A DNA stretch of 63,800 nucleotides, the filler included, from an uncultured bacterium (GTDB lineage Bacteria; Auribacterota; CAZIXI01), in NCBI GenBank assembly GCA_964543115.1. It is 3 parts of 3 records of this genome, joined end to end, with 100 filler letters (N's around TTAATTAATTAA, not from the genome) between each part and the next. Parts side by side here need not be neighbours in the genome. Positions count along the whole stretch, not along the records: positions 44,482 to 63,800 come from CAZIXI010000038.1; 2 more parts are not named here. One strand, written 5' to 3'. Positions 56,554-63,800 of this stretch are shown here, piece after piece. The first letter of the stretch is position 1; each line of letters opens with the position of its first letter. The translations under genes and the position numbers were made by a program. The notes under the pieces are model-generated. The model ran no database searches. It had not been told where the DNA came from and saw only the letters and a program-made list of their open reading frames with translations.

Positions 56554-56583
56554 TTTATACCAAATAATACAGTTTAGTGTCAA
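56554..56583 (-). promoter_or_regulatory. sigma70 promoter of the dcw operon
   Basis: TTGACA (56583-56578), 18 bp spacer, TGn-TATAAA (56559-56554), immediately upstream of the MraZ boxes. Confidence 0.75.
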
Positions 56584-56664
56584 GAAAAAAGATTTCTGGG
56601 GACTTATCCGAAAAACAGCTGCCGGACCACTTACCCCCAAACACTTCTCCGCAAAAGATTTTAG

Positions 56665-56692
56665 TTGACAAAAAATTATAATGTTATATAAT
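56665..56692 (+). promoter_or_regulatory. Consensus sigma70 promoter for the divergent HTH cassette
   Basis: TTGACA (56665-56670), 16 bp spacer, TATAAT (56687-56692). Confidence 0.8.
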
Positions 56693-56737
56693 GTTGTACG
56701 ATAATGTAAATTGTTGTCTTATGTTGTAAGGAATAAT

Positions 56738-56965
56738 ATGATGTTACGGACCCGTGACCTAGCAACTAAAATTGGCGTACACCCGGAAACAATAAAACGC
56801 TGGATTAGACAAAAAAAGGTGCCTGCGCCAAACAGAGATAGAAATGGTTGGTTTATTTTTGATGAACAGGATGTAAAAAACATTTCTGATTACGCGAATA
56901 AAATACACATCTCAGAACATAAACAACCGGATTTTTGGACAAAATCAGAACAAAAGAATAACTAA
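56738..56965 (+). CDS. Small MerR-type/Xis/BldC-like winged-HTH DNA-binding protein
   Basis: LRTRDLATKIGVHPETIKRWIRQKKVPAPNRDRNGWFIFDEQDV; AAGGA RBS before the ATG at 56738 (track start 56711). Confidence 0.85.
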   Translation: MMLRTRDLATKIGVHPETIKRWIRQKKVPAPNRDRNGWFIFDEQDVKNISDYANKIHISEHKQPDFWTKSEQKNN

Positions 56966-56997
56966 CAATAACCATAAACTGAAGAAGGAGGTGACAC

Positions 56998-57141
56998 ATG
57001 GCAGAGAAAGTCGCAAAAGTCGGCATCAAGAAACAAGCAGGTTGGCTCTATTTCGTAGACAAAAAGGGAGATATCTCCAGAGCCAAGATGGTACGCGGTG
57101 GCAAGAAGAAAAAGAAAGCAAAAAGGAAAAAGAAGAGGTAG
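56998..57141 (+). CDS. 47-aa highly basic protein, CC1-like small nucleic-acid-binding protein (absent from the ORF track)
   Basis: Strong RBS AAGGAGGTG then ATG. Translation MAEKVAKVGIKKQAGWLYFVDKKGDISRAKMVRGGKKKKKAKRKKKR*. Family resemblance recalled from memory, not searched. Confidence 0.8.
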   Translation: MAEKVAKVGIKKQAGWLYFVDKKGDISRAKMVRGGKKKKKAKRKKKR

Positions 57142-57162
57142 ACACTCTTCTCTCTCACAAAC

Positions 57163-57320
57163 AAAGATCCCTGCTATGTCCGAAAAGATATCTATAGGTT
57201 ATTCTGTAAAAAACTGAATGGGAACCCAACTATTGCCGGCTGCGAGGCCGGTCGCAGTGGTGCCCACCTATCCAGAATGAGTACTTACAGATACCTTACG
57301 GCATAAAAGCAGGGATTTTT
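57163..57320 (+). ncRNA. ssrS: Probable 6S RNA
   Basis: ~160-nt rod: ATCCCTGCTATGTCCG (57167-82) pairs with CGGCAT..AGCAGGGAT (57299-316); ATTCTG/CAGAAT; central bubble TAAAAAACTGAA / CCTATC; TGGGAACC/GGTGCCCA; terminal CGGC/GCCG loop. ATGTYCG/CGGCAT and ATGGGA..CCCACC are 6S-like signatures. Confidence 0.75.
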
Positions 57321-57336
57321 GTTTCCAGGGATACTT

Positions 57337-58065
57337 TTAGGAAGAAAGCTTCTTCTTAATCATCTGCCGGGCAAGAAGAGAAATAAGTTTTTTACCGGGA
57401 CGATAATTATAAATTTGATCCAACTCATCGGCAGGGCCGCTGTAACTGAAATCTACCACAATCACGCCATCATTACTTTCTACAATCTCAATCAGATCTT
57501 CTTCGGAAATCCCCATAAAATCAATTTCCGGCAAAGATTCAATTTCCGCCAGGACAAGACCGTTGAATCTTAAATTACAATTTAAATAGTATTTGTCCTT
57601 CTCCGGCGAATAATAACCTCTAACCGTTCCTTCAACAAAGCCATTCTTTAGGTAAGCGGTAGCCATTCCCGGGCGGATACCCTCCCAAGCCGGGGAACAA
57701 AGATCAATATCCTGAAAAAAAAGATTAATATCCCATTCCTTCCTCTTAGTAACCACCAGCTCGAAACTCTCCGGCGGAACACTAATTTTCTCCAGCAGCC
57801 CTACCCCGGTTAAATTCATCCGCAGGGGGAACAGTGACACCGTGGCTTGTGGAAAATTCACCTGCCACTGCGGCAGGGAAATCCCCCGCAACAACATCTG
57901 CAACCGCCAGGGAATAAACCTGGCCTTTTCCACTCGCACTTCCGTATCCAGTATTCGGCTGCCTAGGGCCTCCGCTAAATCACTCCCCCAAACAGCCAGC
58001 GCAAAATAGATACTCAATAAAATAATACCGGCACTGATAATGGTAATTTTAATAACTGATTTCAT
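57337..58065 (-). CDS. Membrane-anchored hypothetical protein (AsmA/DUF748-like beta-rich)
   Basis: Probable start MKSVIKITIISAGIILLSIYFALAVW (N-terminal TM), followed by beta-rich sequence; track start 58104. Confidence 0.6.
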   Translation of the reverse strand: MKSVIKITIISAGIILLSIYFALAVWGSDLAEALGSRILDTEVRVEKARFIPWRLQMLLRGISLPQWQVNFPQATVSLFPLRMNLTGVGLLEKISVPPESFELVVTKRKEWDINLFFQDIDLCSPAWEGIRPGMATAYLKNGFVEGTVRGYYSPEKDKYYLNCNLRFNGLVLAEIESLPEIDFMGISEEDLIEIVESNDGVIVVDFSYSGPADELDQIYNYRPGKKLISLLARQMIKKKLSS

Positions 58066-59539
58066 TTTCTCTTTCCTGCGAGCTGCGCCAGCCCCGGAAA
58101 CCATAACAAAGGAATACGGAAAATTCTTTCCCGCGCGGGACCTCTACCAGCGGCAGTTTCTTCCAGGATTGAAACAGAGACGCTGTTTCCTTATCCATAT
58201 CCCGATCACGGTGTTTAACATAGATGCCGTTTTGCCCCAGCGGCGGTGGATTCCATAAATCATATTGATTCATTCTCCTGCCCGTATTAGTACAGTAAAC
58301 CCGGGGTTGATCAGGTAAATAAAAGGCCAATTCACCGGTTAGCTGATACCTATCGCTGAAAACAAAACAGGCACCCTGTTTAGTAAACTCTTGTTTAATC
58401 CGTCCTACCTCTTCTCCCAACCGCTTCCACCCCTCTACCCGTGAATAGGGATTTAGCCGCAGTGGGAAAAAACCGCAGAGATCAGAGGATAACGGTATTA
58501 AGAGGACCGGCAGCCACATTAACAGCCCCAGGGCAATTGCCCGTTGAAATCCCCGGGGATAACGGAGGAGGAAGATCACCGCTGCCAACAAAATACCGGT
58601 AAAATAGGCCGGGACCGGCCAATTAGGCTGGCAATGCTTGTGAAATGAAAGCAGAAGATAAAACAATAATAACGGCGCACCCAGCCAAAATAGCAATTTA
58701 AATATGTAATTATCCGTCCGTAAACCAATGATAAATCCCCAAATCACAAAAATAAATATAAGCGGAGAAATAACCGCCGCTTGGACAAAAACAAATTCCA
58801 ATACAGAAGACCAGAAATCATCGGCTATTAATGCTCCTCCTCCCGCCTGGCCAAGCAAATGGCGCAAGCCCAACCAGCCATGCTGCTCGTTCCACCAAAT
58901 AAGCGGCAATGAACACAGGGCCCCAATCAATAAACAAAAAAAGAATTCTTTTTTAGCTAACCACACCCGGTGCTGCCGGGAAGTCAGCAGATATAGAATT
59001 AAACAGGGCACCAAAACGATCATGGTGTATTTAGTTAAAAATCCTAACCCCAATGCTAAACCCGCCAGATACCAGGGCCAGGATCTTTTTGTGGACAGGG
59101 CCAAGGCAATTAAATAGACAAAAAGCGCCCAGAACAGCACTAAAGGATTATCAATCGTCATTAAGATCGAACCAAGGGCAAAAACAGGAACGGCCAGAAA
59201 GGCTAATACCGTATACCAGCTAAGACGATCATCCAGCCAGAGCCGCTTAGTTAACAGCCAGACAATAATCCCGAGGAACATTGAAAAGATAACCGCCGGG
59301 AAACGTACCCAAAAAGCCGGATTAGACGGCTGCCAGCCGGTCAATTCTCCCAATTTAGTCCCCAAAAAAATTGTGTAAGCGACAACCGGGCCCTTACTAT
59401 AATAACTCGGCGCCAATTGACGCGACCAATCCCAATAATGCGCCTCATCCGGAGACAGATCCAGCGGACCCCAGCCGATATAGATCAGCTTGAGAACAGT
59501 AACCGTAAAAAGTAAAATCCAGAATAATCGTTTGTACAT
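58049..59539 (-). CDS. ArnT/PMT-family (GT-C) polyprenyl-phosphate glycosyltransferase
   Basis: DLSPDEAHYWDWS, YYSKGP, GFLTKYT, many TM helices. Probable start MYKRLF at 59539; the track extension to 59593 is repeat-derived. Confidence 0.9.
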   Translation of the reverse strand: MYKRLFWILLFTVTVLKLIYIGWGPLDLSPDEAHYWDWSRQLAPSYYSKGPVVAYTIFLGTKLGELTGWQPSNPAFWVRFPAVIFSMFLGIIVWLLTKRLWLDDRLSWYTVLAFLAVPVFALGSILMTIDNPLVLFWALFVYLIALALSTKRSWPWYLAGLALGLGFLTKYTMIVLVPCLILYLLTSRQHRVWLAKKEFFFCLLIGALCSLPLIWWNEQHGWLGLRHLLGQAGGGALIADDFWSSVLEFVFVQAAVISPLIFIFVIWGFIIGLRTDNYIFKLLFWLGAPLLLFYLLLSFHKHCQPNWPVPAYFTGILLAAVIFLLRYPRGFQRAIALGLLMWLPVLLIPLSSDLCGFFPLRLNPYSRVEGWKRLGEEVGRIKQEFTKQGACFVFSDRYQLTGELAFYLPDQPRVYCTNTGRRMNQYDLWNPPPLGQNGIYVKHRDRDMDKETASLFQSWKKLPLVEVPRGKEFSVFLCYGFRGWRSSQERENEISY

Positions 59540-59544
59540 ATTAA

Positions 59545-59591
59545 GACCACGAGCTTCGCTCGCTTCGCCCGCTTTGCTCGCTTCGCCCGCC
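59545..59591. repeat. REP-like element (copy 2) extended by 9-mer GCTTCGCYC tandem repeats
   Basis: GACCACGA GCTTCGCTC GCTTCGCCC GCTTTGCTC GCTTCGCCC GCC; followed by the perfect palindrome TTTTTCTTCGAAGAAAAA at 59596-59613. Confidence 0.8.
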
Positions 59592-59630
59592 ATTCTTTTT
59601 CTTCGAAGAAAAAAAGTGTTTTTTTTGTCT

Positions 59631-61034
59631 TTAGCTCTCTAGTCTGTTCGTAAACAATACATAGTCACTTGCTTCCCAGACTATATTAGTAGGTATTTCT
59701 CCCTTTTCTTTTATTTCCGCAAAATCATCAACCGGGGTAAAACACCAGAAACGGCCGCCGTCATTTAATTCAGCAAGTGTATATTCAGCGGAAAGCAAAC
59801 CTTCAAATTGTGTTTCCCGTCCTTCTTCTACCAGGATAACTTCCTCCTGCAGGTAAAAAGGCAATCCCTGAAAAAAACAACGGAAGTTTACTATTTTATC
59901 ACCGGCCTGCCGCTCGCTAATTATCATTTGTGCCGGCCGGCGAATACTAAGATTATTACCTAAGCGTTCTTCAAACTTCGGCAGGACCATAATCACGCCC
60001 AGATAGAGAACAGCCGATATGATCGCGATGAGGGCAAACACCCGCCGGCCGGTCCTTTGTTGAATATAGCCGCCAATTAAAACGGCTAATGCCGGGTACA
60101 CCGGCAGAATATATCCCGGCAGCTTGCTTCTGGATAAAGAAAAAAATACAAGCGGAACAATAATCCAGAGTAGCAGAAACAATTTTATTCTCTTATCAAA
60201 TGAAAGGCTTCGCTTTATGGCCGCTGGTAAAAATACTATCCAGGGTAACCCGCCAAGCAACAGTACCGGAATAAAATAGAGCAACCCTCCCTTCCGGCCG
60301 TGAGCGGTGGTTAACAATCTCTGCACCGACTGATAAAAAACAAAATAGTTCCACAAACCGGGATTTTGCCGGCAAACATAAACAAACCAGGGAACGGCAA
60401 TTAACAGAAAAATACAAAGCCCGGGAAATATTTTTAACCGTTTAAACAACCCCCATTCTCTCGTCAACACAACATAGACCAGTAACACCAAAAAAGGAAT
60501 AATTACCGCCACCGGACCCTTCACTAAAAAGGCCAGACCCATACCCAGATAGAACAGATAGATCAGCCGGGATTCCTTTCCCAGTAACACTGAAGATAAT
60601 CCCGCCAGGGCCAGAAAGAGAAAGAAGGAAAAAAACATATCGGAGGCCAGCACCTGGGTCCAGATAAAATACTGTAAGCTAGTAGCCAGCACTAAAGCGC
60701 TCCACCAGGCACCGGTTGCGGACAATCCCAGTCTGCGGGCAAAAAAATAACAGATTAGCACTCCGCCGATCCCCAGCAAAGCAACCGGCAGCCGGGCCGT
60801 AAATTCATTCTGGCCAAAAACATTAAAACTCGCGGCAACCAGCCAGTAGGCCAGCGGCGGTTTATGGAAATGTTTAATGTAATTAAGCCGCGGCGTAAAA
60901 TAGTCACCGCTTTCTGTCATCTCCCTGGCAATCTCCGCGTACCTGCCCTCATCCGGCTCACATAATCCGCGCAGGCCAAGAAAACTGAGAAAAAGAACAC
61001 CCGTTATTAATAACAAGAGAAAGATAGATTTCAT
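59631..61034 (-). CDS. ArnT-family glycosyltransferase
   Basis: EPDEGRYAEIAREM, FHKPPLAYW, LVKGP, SKLPGYILP. Confidence 0.92.
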   Translation of the reverse strand: MKSIFLLLLITGVLFLSFLGLRGLCEPDEGRYAEIAREMTESGDYFTPRLNYIKHFHKPPLAYWLVAASFNVFGQNEFTARLPVALLGIGGVLICYFFARRLGLSATGAWWSALVLATSLQYFIWTQVLASDMFFSFFLFLALAGLSSVLLGKESRLIYLFYLGMGLAFLVKGPVAVIIPFLVLLVYVVLTREWGLFKRLKIFPGLCIFLLIAVPWFVYVCRQNPGLWNYFVFYQSVQRLLTTAHGRKGGLLYFIPVLLLGGLPWIVFLPAAIKRSLSFDKRIKLFLLLWIIVPLVFFSLSRSKLPGYILPVYPALAVLIGGYIQQRTGRRVFALIAIISAVLYLGVIMVLPKFEERLGNNLSIRRPAQMIISERQAGDKIVNFRCFFQGLPFYLQEEVILVEEGRETQFEGLLSAEYTLAELNDGGRFWCFTPVDDFAEIKEKGEIPTNIVWEASDYVLFTNRLES

Positions 61035-62662
61035 TAGTTACTAATTAACACCACATCATGTTCCATGACCCGGTAACCTTTAATAATTTCAGTAATCCGG
61101 TCACTGAACTGATCGGCGTCTAATGCCTGATACCGTTTTTCCCACATAAAGATATATACCTTCCGGTCGGAATTAAGCAAGCGCCGCAGCTCCTCTTCAC
61201 TGTGAATAACGTCCACATGCTGCCCGTAATAAAAACGAATGGAATTATCCCAGGACTTATAGCCATAAACCGGATGTTCAGGAATGGTTTTTACCTTAAG
61301 CAGCTCACAGAAAGGTTTAGGGGAATAATACCTGCTTTCGATAGGAATCAGGTAAAGGGTGAACATAATAAAAGACGATAGGATCATAATCACCAGCAGG
61401 CCGAATCTTTCTTTCTTCATCCCAATGACTCCCAGGACAAGCAATAAACAGCCGACAATATTTATACTTGTTTTACTGACCCGGAGATAACCGCTGATAA
61501 TCCTGACCAAGAGCGGATCTACCCGGCCCGGCCAGAGATTAACAATTGAGTCAAAGAAATTCACTCCCGCTAAGATAAACACCCACAAACCGGCTAAAAC
61601 ACCGATCCCGGCCATCAATAAACGGCGGGGATCTTTCTGGGCGATCTCCCTGCCCACCAGTAAGGCTGCCGCCGGATAAAGCGGAAGGATATAGCGGCCC
61701 ACCTTTTTGCCGGCAAAACTAAAGATAATAAAAACAACAAACAACCAGGTCCACAAAAAAGCTGTTCGCGGGTCTTTATCCTTATTCAATTTATATTGCC
61801 GCCAACAGCTGATAAAGGCTAATGGAAGGAATAAACTCCACGGAAAAAATGAAAAAAATAGGTGGAAAATATAAATATAACATTTGTGCCACTCACCGCC
61901 GCCGGTAAGCCAGGCCTTGTTTTGCTGCAGGAAGAAAAGATATGATTTTCCTGCCGGCACACGGGAATAAACCATAATATACCAGGGCAGAACCACCAGT
62001 AAAAAAACAATAATCCCCTGGATCCACCCCAACCGGCCAAGTGTTTTCCCCCGCTCGATATAAATAAGGTACAATAAAACTATCACCAGCCCCACGGCCC
62101 CGATCGGGCCCTTGCTTAAAACACCTAATCCCATAAAAAAGAACCAGCCGAGCAACCAGAGTTTGCCCCCAGGCAATTTCTGGTATCCGCGCCAAAAGCA
62201 GTAGAGAGAGGCAGTAACAAAAAACAGCAGCAAGGCATCGATCCGGGCGCAGCGCACAGACCAGAAAAACATTGGACTCGCCAATAAAATTAACCCGGAA
62301 AAAAACCCGGTGCGCTCATCCCAAAACTGCTTACCGAACAAAAACACCAGCAGCAAAACCAGCATCCCCGCTAACAATGAAGGCAGGCGCGCGGACCACT
62401 CACTAATCCCAAACATCCTATAGGAAGTAATAATCAGCCAATGAAAAAGCGGCGGCTTGGTAAGCAATATCTGCTCATTCAGGTGGGGAATAAGGAAATC
62501 ATCCCGGGCCAGCATCTCCGCGGCAATCTCCGCCGCCCGGGACTCACCGCTGCTCAAAAAAGGCCGAACGCCCAAGTGAAAGGAGAGAATACATGCGGCA
62601 ATAAGCATTAATAAGAAACCCGATCCAGCAGCTGCAAGACCGGGCCGGTCTAATAATTTCAT
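61034..62662 (-). CDS. ArnT-family glycosyltransferase
   Basis: GESRAAEIAAEM, TKPPLFHW, ARIDALL, LSKGP, KKVGRYILPLYP. Confidence 0.92.
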   Translation of the reverse strand: MKLLDRPGLAAAGSGFLLMLIAACILSFHLGVRPFLSSGESRAAEIAAEMLARDDFLIPHLNEQILLTKPPLFHWLIITSYRMFGISEWSARLPSLLAGMLVLLLVFLFGKQFWDERTGFFSGLILLASPMFFWSVRCARIDALLLFFVTASLYCFWRGYQKLPGGKLWLLGWFFFMGLGVLSKGPIGAVGLVIVLLYLIYIERGKTLGRLGWIQGIIVFLLVVLPWYIMVYSRVPAGKSYLFFLQQNKAWLTGGGEWHKCYIYIFHLFFSFFPWSLFLPLAFISCWRQYKLNKDKDPRTAFLWTWLFVVFIIFSFAGKKVGRYILPLYPAAALLVGREIAQKDPRRLLMAGIGVLAGLWVFILAGVNFFDSIVNLWPGRVDPLLVRIISGYLRVSKTSINIVGCLLLVLGVIGMKKERFGLLVIMILSSFIMFTLYLIPIESRYYSPKPFCELLKVKTIPEHPVYGYKSWDNSIRFYYGQHVDVIHSEEELRRLLNSDRKVYIFMWEKRYQALDADQFSDRITEIIKGYRVMEHDVVLISN

Positions 62663-62681
62663 CTGTCCTTGTCAAAAACAA

Positions 62682-62948
62682 TTACTGCGCGCTCAGGCGC
62701 CGCTTGCGGGAAATAAGCACCAGGTTGCGGACATAAATAACCGCTCCCATTGATTGCCCCAGAATAAATACCGGGTCCTTGCGCCACAGAGAATAAGCCA
62801 GTAAAATAAGACTGCCGCCTAAGCTGAGATACCAGAAAGAAATAGGAATAACACTTTCCTTGCGCCGCTCGGAAGCGATCCATTGAATAAAAAAACGTAA
62901 GAAAAATAAAAGTTGTCCGCCCAGACCGATCACAATCCACCAATTCAT
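62682..62948 (-). CDS. Lipid A biosynthesis N-terminal (LAB_N) domain membrane protein
   Basis: GQLLFFLRFFIQWIASERRKESVIPISFWYLSLGG...KDPVFILGQ...YVRNL. Confidence 0.9.
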   Translation of the reverse strand: MNWWIVIGLGGQLLFFLRFFIQWIASERRKESVIPISFWYLSLGGSLILLAYSLWRKDPVFILGQSMGAVIYVRNLVLISRKRRLSAQ

Positions 62949-62949
62949 T

Positions 62950-63666
62950 TTAACTCCTTTCCGCAATCTCGTAACTTAACTGACGCCGCTGCATCCAGCG
63001 CACGGCAAACAAATCATAGATACCGACAAACAGCCGGTTACCGATATTGTATTTAGATATGCCGTAGCGGCGCTGCCCATGATTTACCTTTACCTCGTAA
63101 ACCTTAGCACCTTCCATTGCCAGAAGCACCGGCAAAAATCTGTGCATTCCCTTAAAAAGCTTAATCCTATCTAACAATACTTTGTTATACACCTTAAGCG
63201 AACAGCCGGTATCATGTATTGAGTCTTTCGTAATCCGTCTCCTCACCGCGTTAGCAATACGTGATGATATTTTTTTTATCCGGGTATCTTTTCTATCCGC
63301 CCGCCAGCCGCAAACAACATCATATTCCGGCAGACAGGAAAGCAACCTGGGAATATCCGCCGGATCATTCTGCAGATCGGCGTCCAGGGTCACCACAATC
63401 TCTCCGGCCACCGCCTGAAAACCCGCGGCAAAGGCCGCTGTCTGACCACCGTTGGCCTTAAAACGTAAATAACGCACTTCCATATACTTTTCACTATACC
63501 CTTTAATAATATCAAAACTGCCGTCCGTACTCCCGTCATCCACCAGGATCAGTTCAAATTTCCGCTGCAGCGGCTTCATCACCTCCACTACTTTGGGAAT
63601 AAGCACGGGCAGACTATCCTTCTCGTTATATACCGGAATAACTATTGATATTTCAGGCTTCCACAT
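62950..63666 (-). CDS. GT2 polyprenol-phosphate glycosyltransferase (ArnC/Dpm1-like)
   Basis: SIVIPVYNE, VDDGSTDGS, LDADLQNDP, DTGCSLK, MHRFLP. Confidence 0.93.
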   Translation of the reverse strand: MWKPEISIVIPVYNEKDSLPVLIPKVVEVMKPLQRKFELILVDDGSTDGSFDIIKGYSEKYMEVRYLRFKANGGQTAAFAAGFQAVAGEIVVTLDADLQNDPADIPRLLSCLPEYDVVCGWRADRKDTRIKKISSRIANAVRRRITKDSIHDTGCSLKVYNKVLLDRIKLFKGMHRFLPVLLAMEGAKVYEVKVNHGQRRYGISKYNIGNRLFVGIYDLFAVRWMQRRQLSYEIAERS

Positions 63667-63696
63667 AATAACAGACCCTCTCTACGTGCGCAGCAC

Positions 63697-63738
63697 GCGA
63701 CTAGCGACTAGCGACTAGCGACTAGCGACTAGCGACTA
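63697..63738. repeat. Perfect heptamer tandem array (GCGACTA)6
   Basis: Six exact units about 30 bp upstream of the GT2 start codon. Confidence 0.97.
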
Positions 63739-63800
63739 AACAAGGGTTGTGCACCGTTTTTCGATCTTGGAATATAACACATCCAGACGCGGCAGACTCC

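Noticed and set aside
56991..57197. Track ORF MTHGRESRK (68 aa)
   Set aside because: Its GTG lies inside the Shine-Dalgarno sequence, it runs into the 6S-like RNA, and the ATG frame at 56998 gives a more credible protein.
56711..57320. Integrated mobile element with an excisionase
   Set aside because: No integrase, tRNA target, att-like direct repeats or phage genes are present.
59540..59593. MAGEASKAGEASEARGLN as a functional peptide repeat
   Set aside because: It is a translation of the REP-like 9-mer array; the family-typical sequence starts at MYKRLF.
249..63461. The many 60-160 aa ORFs nested in or antisense to long genes
   Set aside because: They overlap well-supported CDSs, lack RBS or recognisable motifs, and are expected shadows of long coding regions.
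1..63800. tRNA, rRNA, transposase or anti-phage defence operon
   Set aside because: No cloverleaf or rRNA-like segments, DDE/HUH transposase motifs or recognisable defence gene clusters were seen. The SNF2 and AAA domains are embedded in giant fusions.

Overview
The window is three separate contigs joined by artificial N44-TTAATTAATTAA-N44 linkers (22438-22537 and 44382-44481), so gene adjacency across those points is not evidence. Contig 1 (1-22437, + strand) holds large multi-enzyme genes: a 5'-truncated protein of over 3,070 aa (SNF2-type ATPase, methyltransferase-like segment, HAD phosphatase); a signal-peptide CYTH+HD+ART-like gene split by a frameshift; a small exported protein; and a 3'-truncated protein of over 3,100 aa combining a signal peptide, a metzincin HExxHxxGxxH motif, helical repeats and at least 5 tandem midasin-like AAA+ modules. 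Contig 2 (22538-44381, - strand) is coding from edge to edge, about 7,280 codons with one frame break at ~28285. It carries a TM helix, a peptidoglycan-binding motif, TolC-like segments, an internal beta-barrel-like region, 95-aa tandem repeats and YD-like beta repeats. Contig 3 (44482-63800) holds a dcw cluster (mraZ-rsmH-ftsL-ftsI-murE-murF-mraY-murD-LysM-ftsW-murG) with MraZ boxes, a divergent cassette (small HTH gene, a 47-aa basic gene absent from the ORF track, probable 6S RNA), and a GT2/LAB_N/3xArnT glycosylation operon. Heptamer and REP-like repeats sit at many gene junctions. The murD-LysM-ftsW order and the giant genes suggest a PVC-superphylum organism, probably Omnitrophota (inference). 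All domain calls come from motif recognition by eye, not database searches.
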